A stretch of 63,995 nucleotides of DNA, counting the filler, from Welwitschia mirabilis (lineage: Eukaryota): the NCBI GenBank assembly GCA_051453625.1. It is 5 parts of one record of this genome, joined end to end, with 100 filler letters (N's around TTAATTAATTAA, not from the genome) between each part and the next. Parts side by side here need not be neighbours in the genome. Positions count along the whole stretch, not along the records: positions 58,261 to 62,629 come from JBOZIK010000001.1; positions 62,730 to 63,995 come from JBOZIK010000001.1; 3 more parts are not named here. The stretch is one strand, 5' to 3'. The notes beneath the pieces were generated by a model, which saw nothing but the letters and a program-made list of their open reading frames with translations, ran no database searches and was not told where the DNA came from. The position numbers and the translations under genes are program-made. Shown piece by piece: positions 62,340 through 63,995 of the stretch. Numbering within the stretch: position 1 is the stretch's first letter; the number at the start of each line of letters is the position of its first letter.

Positions 62340-63995
62340 CAAAGAATCTAAACACTTTATTTCCATAAATGTTACTATCTTGGTAAGGGTGTTACTAAAT
62401 AATAATTCCTTTTATAAAACTTGAATATAAAAGGTTTATAATAGAACATTTATGGAAACTTTTGTAATAAAAGGTGTTAGTTTTTTTTTCTAGGATATTT
62501 TCTTTTCTAATAATAAACAAAACTTATCCTTTAAGAACTCTAACTCCTATCATATTATTTCATCTATTACACTTATTTCTTCATGTATCTACCCCTAACA
62601 TTAATGTATTCTTAAGAGTAAAACATATTNNNNNNNNNNNNNNNNNNNNNNNNNNNNNNNNNNNNNNNNNNNNTTAATTAATTAANNNNNNNNNNNNNNN
62701 NNNNNNNNNNNNNNNNNNNNNNNNNNNNNTTGGTTCACCATTAAATGTTAGATAAAGCTCCTCATCATCATCAAGAAATGCATGAGAGATCTACTTAGTT
62801 TGAGTTTTTTTCCCCTCCTTTTCATCATCATAAACATCTTGTAGAGTAGAATATAACTAAGTAATTTATTTTTGTCTTGAGAAGTAATCAACATTCTCAC
62901 TAGGATAATATAATGTGTTGCTAATGGAACCATGCTTGTATGTGCCAGGCATTAAAAAAATGCTTAATTCTTCCAAGTTGTATAGTGAACAAACGATTTT
63001 TACTAGAAATAATTGATAAAGTGAGACTAGTAGATACATCATCCCCTCTAAACTATAAGACATTGAGCATCCAATACTTACATAGAATGAGAGGACGAAT
63101 GTAACTTGAAATGATTAAGCTAATAATTACAATATGAAGTTTTATAAAGTATGACATAATGAGAGATAATGATCTTGTGATGCTCATAAATGTAGACGCA
63201 ATATCCTTCCTGACTAGTTAGATATTTCACAAATATGCCAACGTGAGAATATGCAACAAGCTTGTCATGATGTTTATTAGGAATATGAACATAGCACTTG
63301 TATAAAGACATGAAAATAAGTCAGAATAGATTATATCCATTTCATTTCTTAAAAGTATATGTACCTTTTTAAAAGAATAACTAATATAATTATTTAAATA
63401 TGCTATAGTAATAATAACTTCAACCCCCAAATAGGTTTTATAACCATCAAAGTACATCATTAAAAATGCCATATCCATGATGGTCTAATTGAACCATTTA
63501 GTTAAGGCATTCTTAGGCATATTTTCAAATGTCAAATACCTTCTAAAGTAAGAAAATCCTTGAATTTAACTAATGTGTATTGACCATTATTTTGAGAATG
63601 ATGTGTATTCACCATCATTTTGAGAATGGAAATCTTTAATCTTATTATTAGTTTTCTTTTCGAATTTTGCTTTGAAAATATCGAAAATATTTAAAGCAAG
63701 AGATTTTAATCTATAAAATACACTTAAATCATATGTGAAAAATCAATTATGAATGATATGAAGTAGTGATAGGATCTTATTAATCACTATAAATGAGTAA
63801 AATATTTCAGTTAGTGCACCATTTTCTAGGAGAAAAATGTTGTCATGTTTCTTTACCCATTGTACATGCTTCACATTAAGGAAAATCACATAAATGAAGA
63901 TTATAATCTGATGTTCATTCTCACACATTTAGTCAAATAAAGAGAACTAGGATAACCTAAGCAAGCATGCCACAGAAGTAATGAATAAATTTCTT
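62340..63995 (-). mobile_element. Degenerate Ty1/copia pol: GAG-pre-integrase, integrase, RNase H remnant
   Basis: LWHACLGYPSS at ~63945-63975; YHYFISFIIDFSH, KIFHSQNDGEY, IAYLNN, CYVHIPNKHHDKL, GIFVKY...QEGYCVY; RH-like remnant 62380-62629 across a gap. Confidence 0.85.

Overview
Very AT-rich, CpG-depleted, gapped eukaryotic sequence, almost certainly angiosperm plant heterochromatin. It is a graveyard of old, nested LTR retrotransposons. I see no intact protein-coding gene, RNA gene or CRISPR array; every recognisable reading frame is broken by stops or frameshifts. Two families dominate. (1) A Ty1/copia Sirevirus (SIRE/Maximus)-like family: tRNA-iMet PBS, multiple PPTs, palindromic GTCGAC-type LTR motifs, an extra env-like ORF. 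It includes one full-length minus-strand copy (36472-45260) with a perfect GATGA target-site duplication, nested in the LTR of a relative, plus pol-less gag-PR(+env) derivatives. (2) A Ty3/gypsy Athila-like family: tRNA-Asp-type PBS, gag-PR only in the readable copy, and a conserved, possibly structured 3' non-coding module present three times. Older copia pol remnants lie at about 8.4, 9.7-13 and 60.7-64 kb, and a microsatellite-interleaved minisatellite at 58.3-58.9 kb. I cannot support a wholly new biological system. The best leads are the putative structured RNA module, the non-autonomous gag-PR-env lineage with shared stop codons, and the minisatellite. All alignments and family assignments were made by eye.
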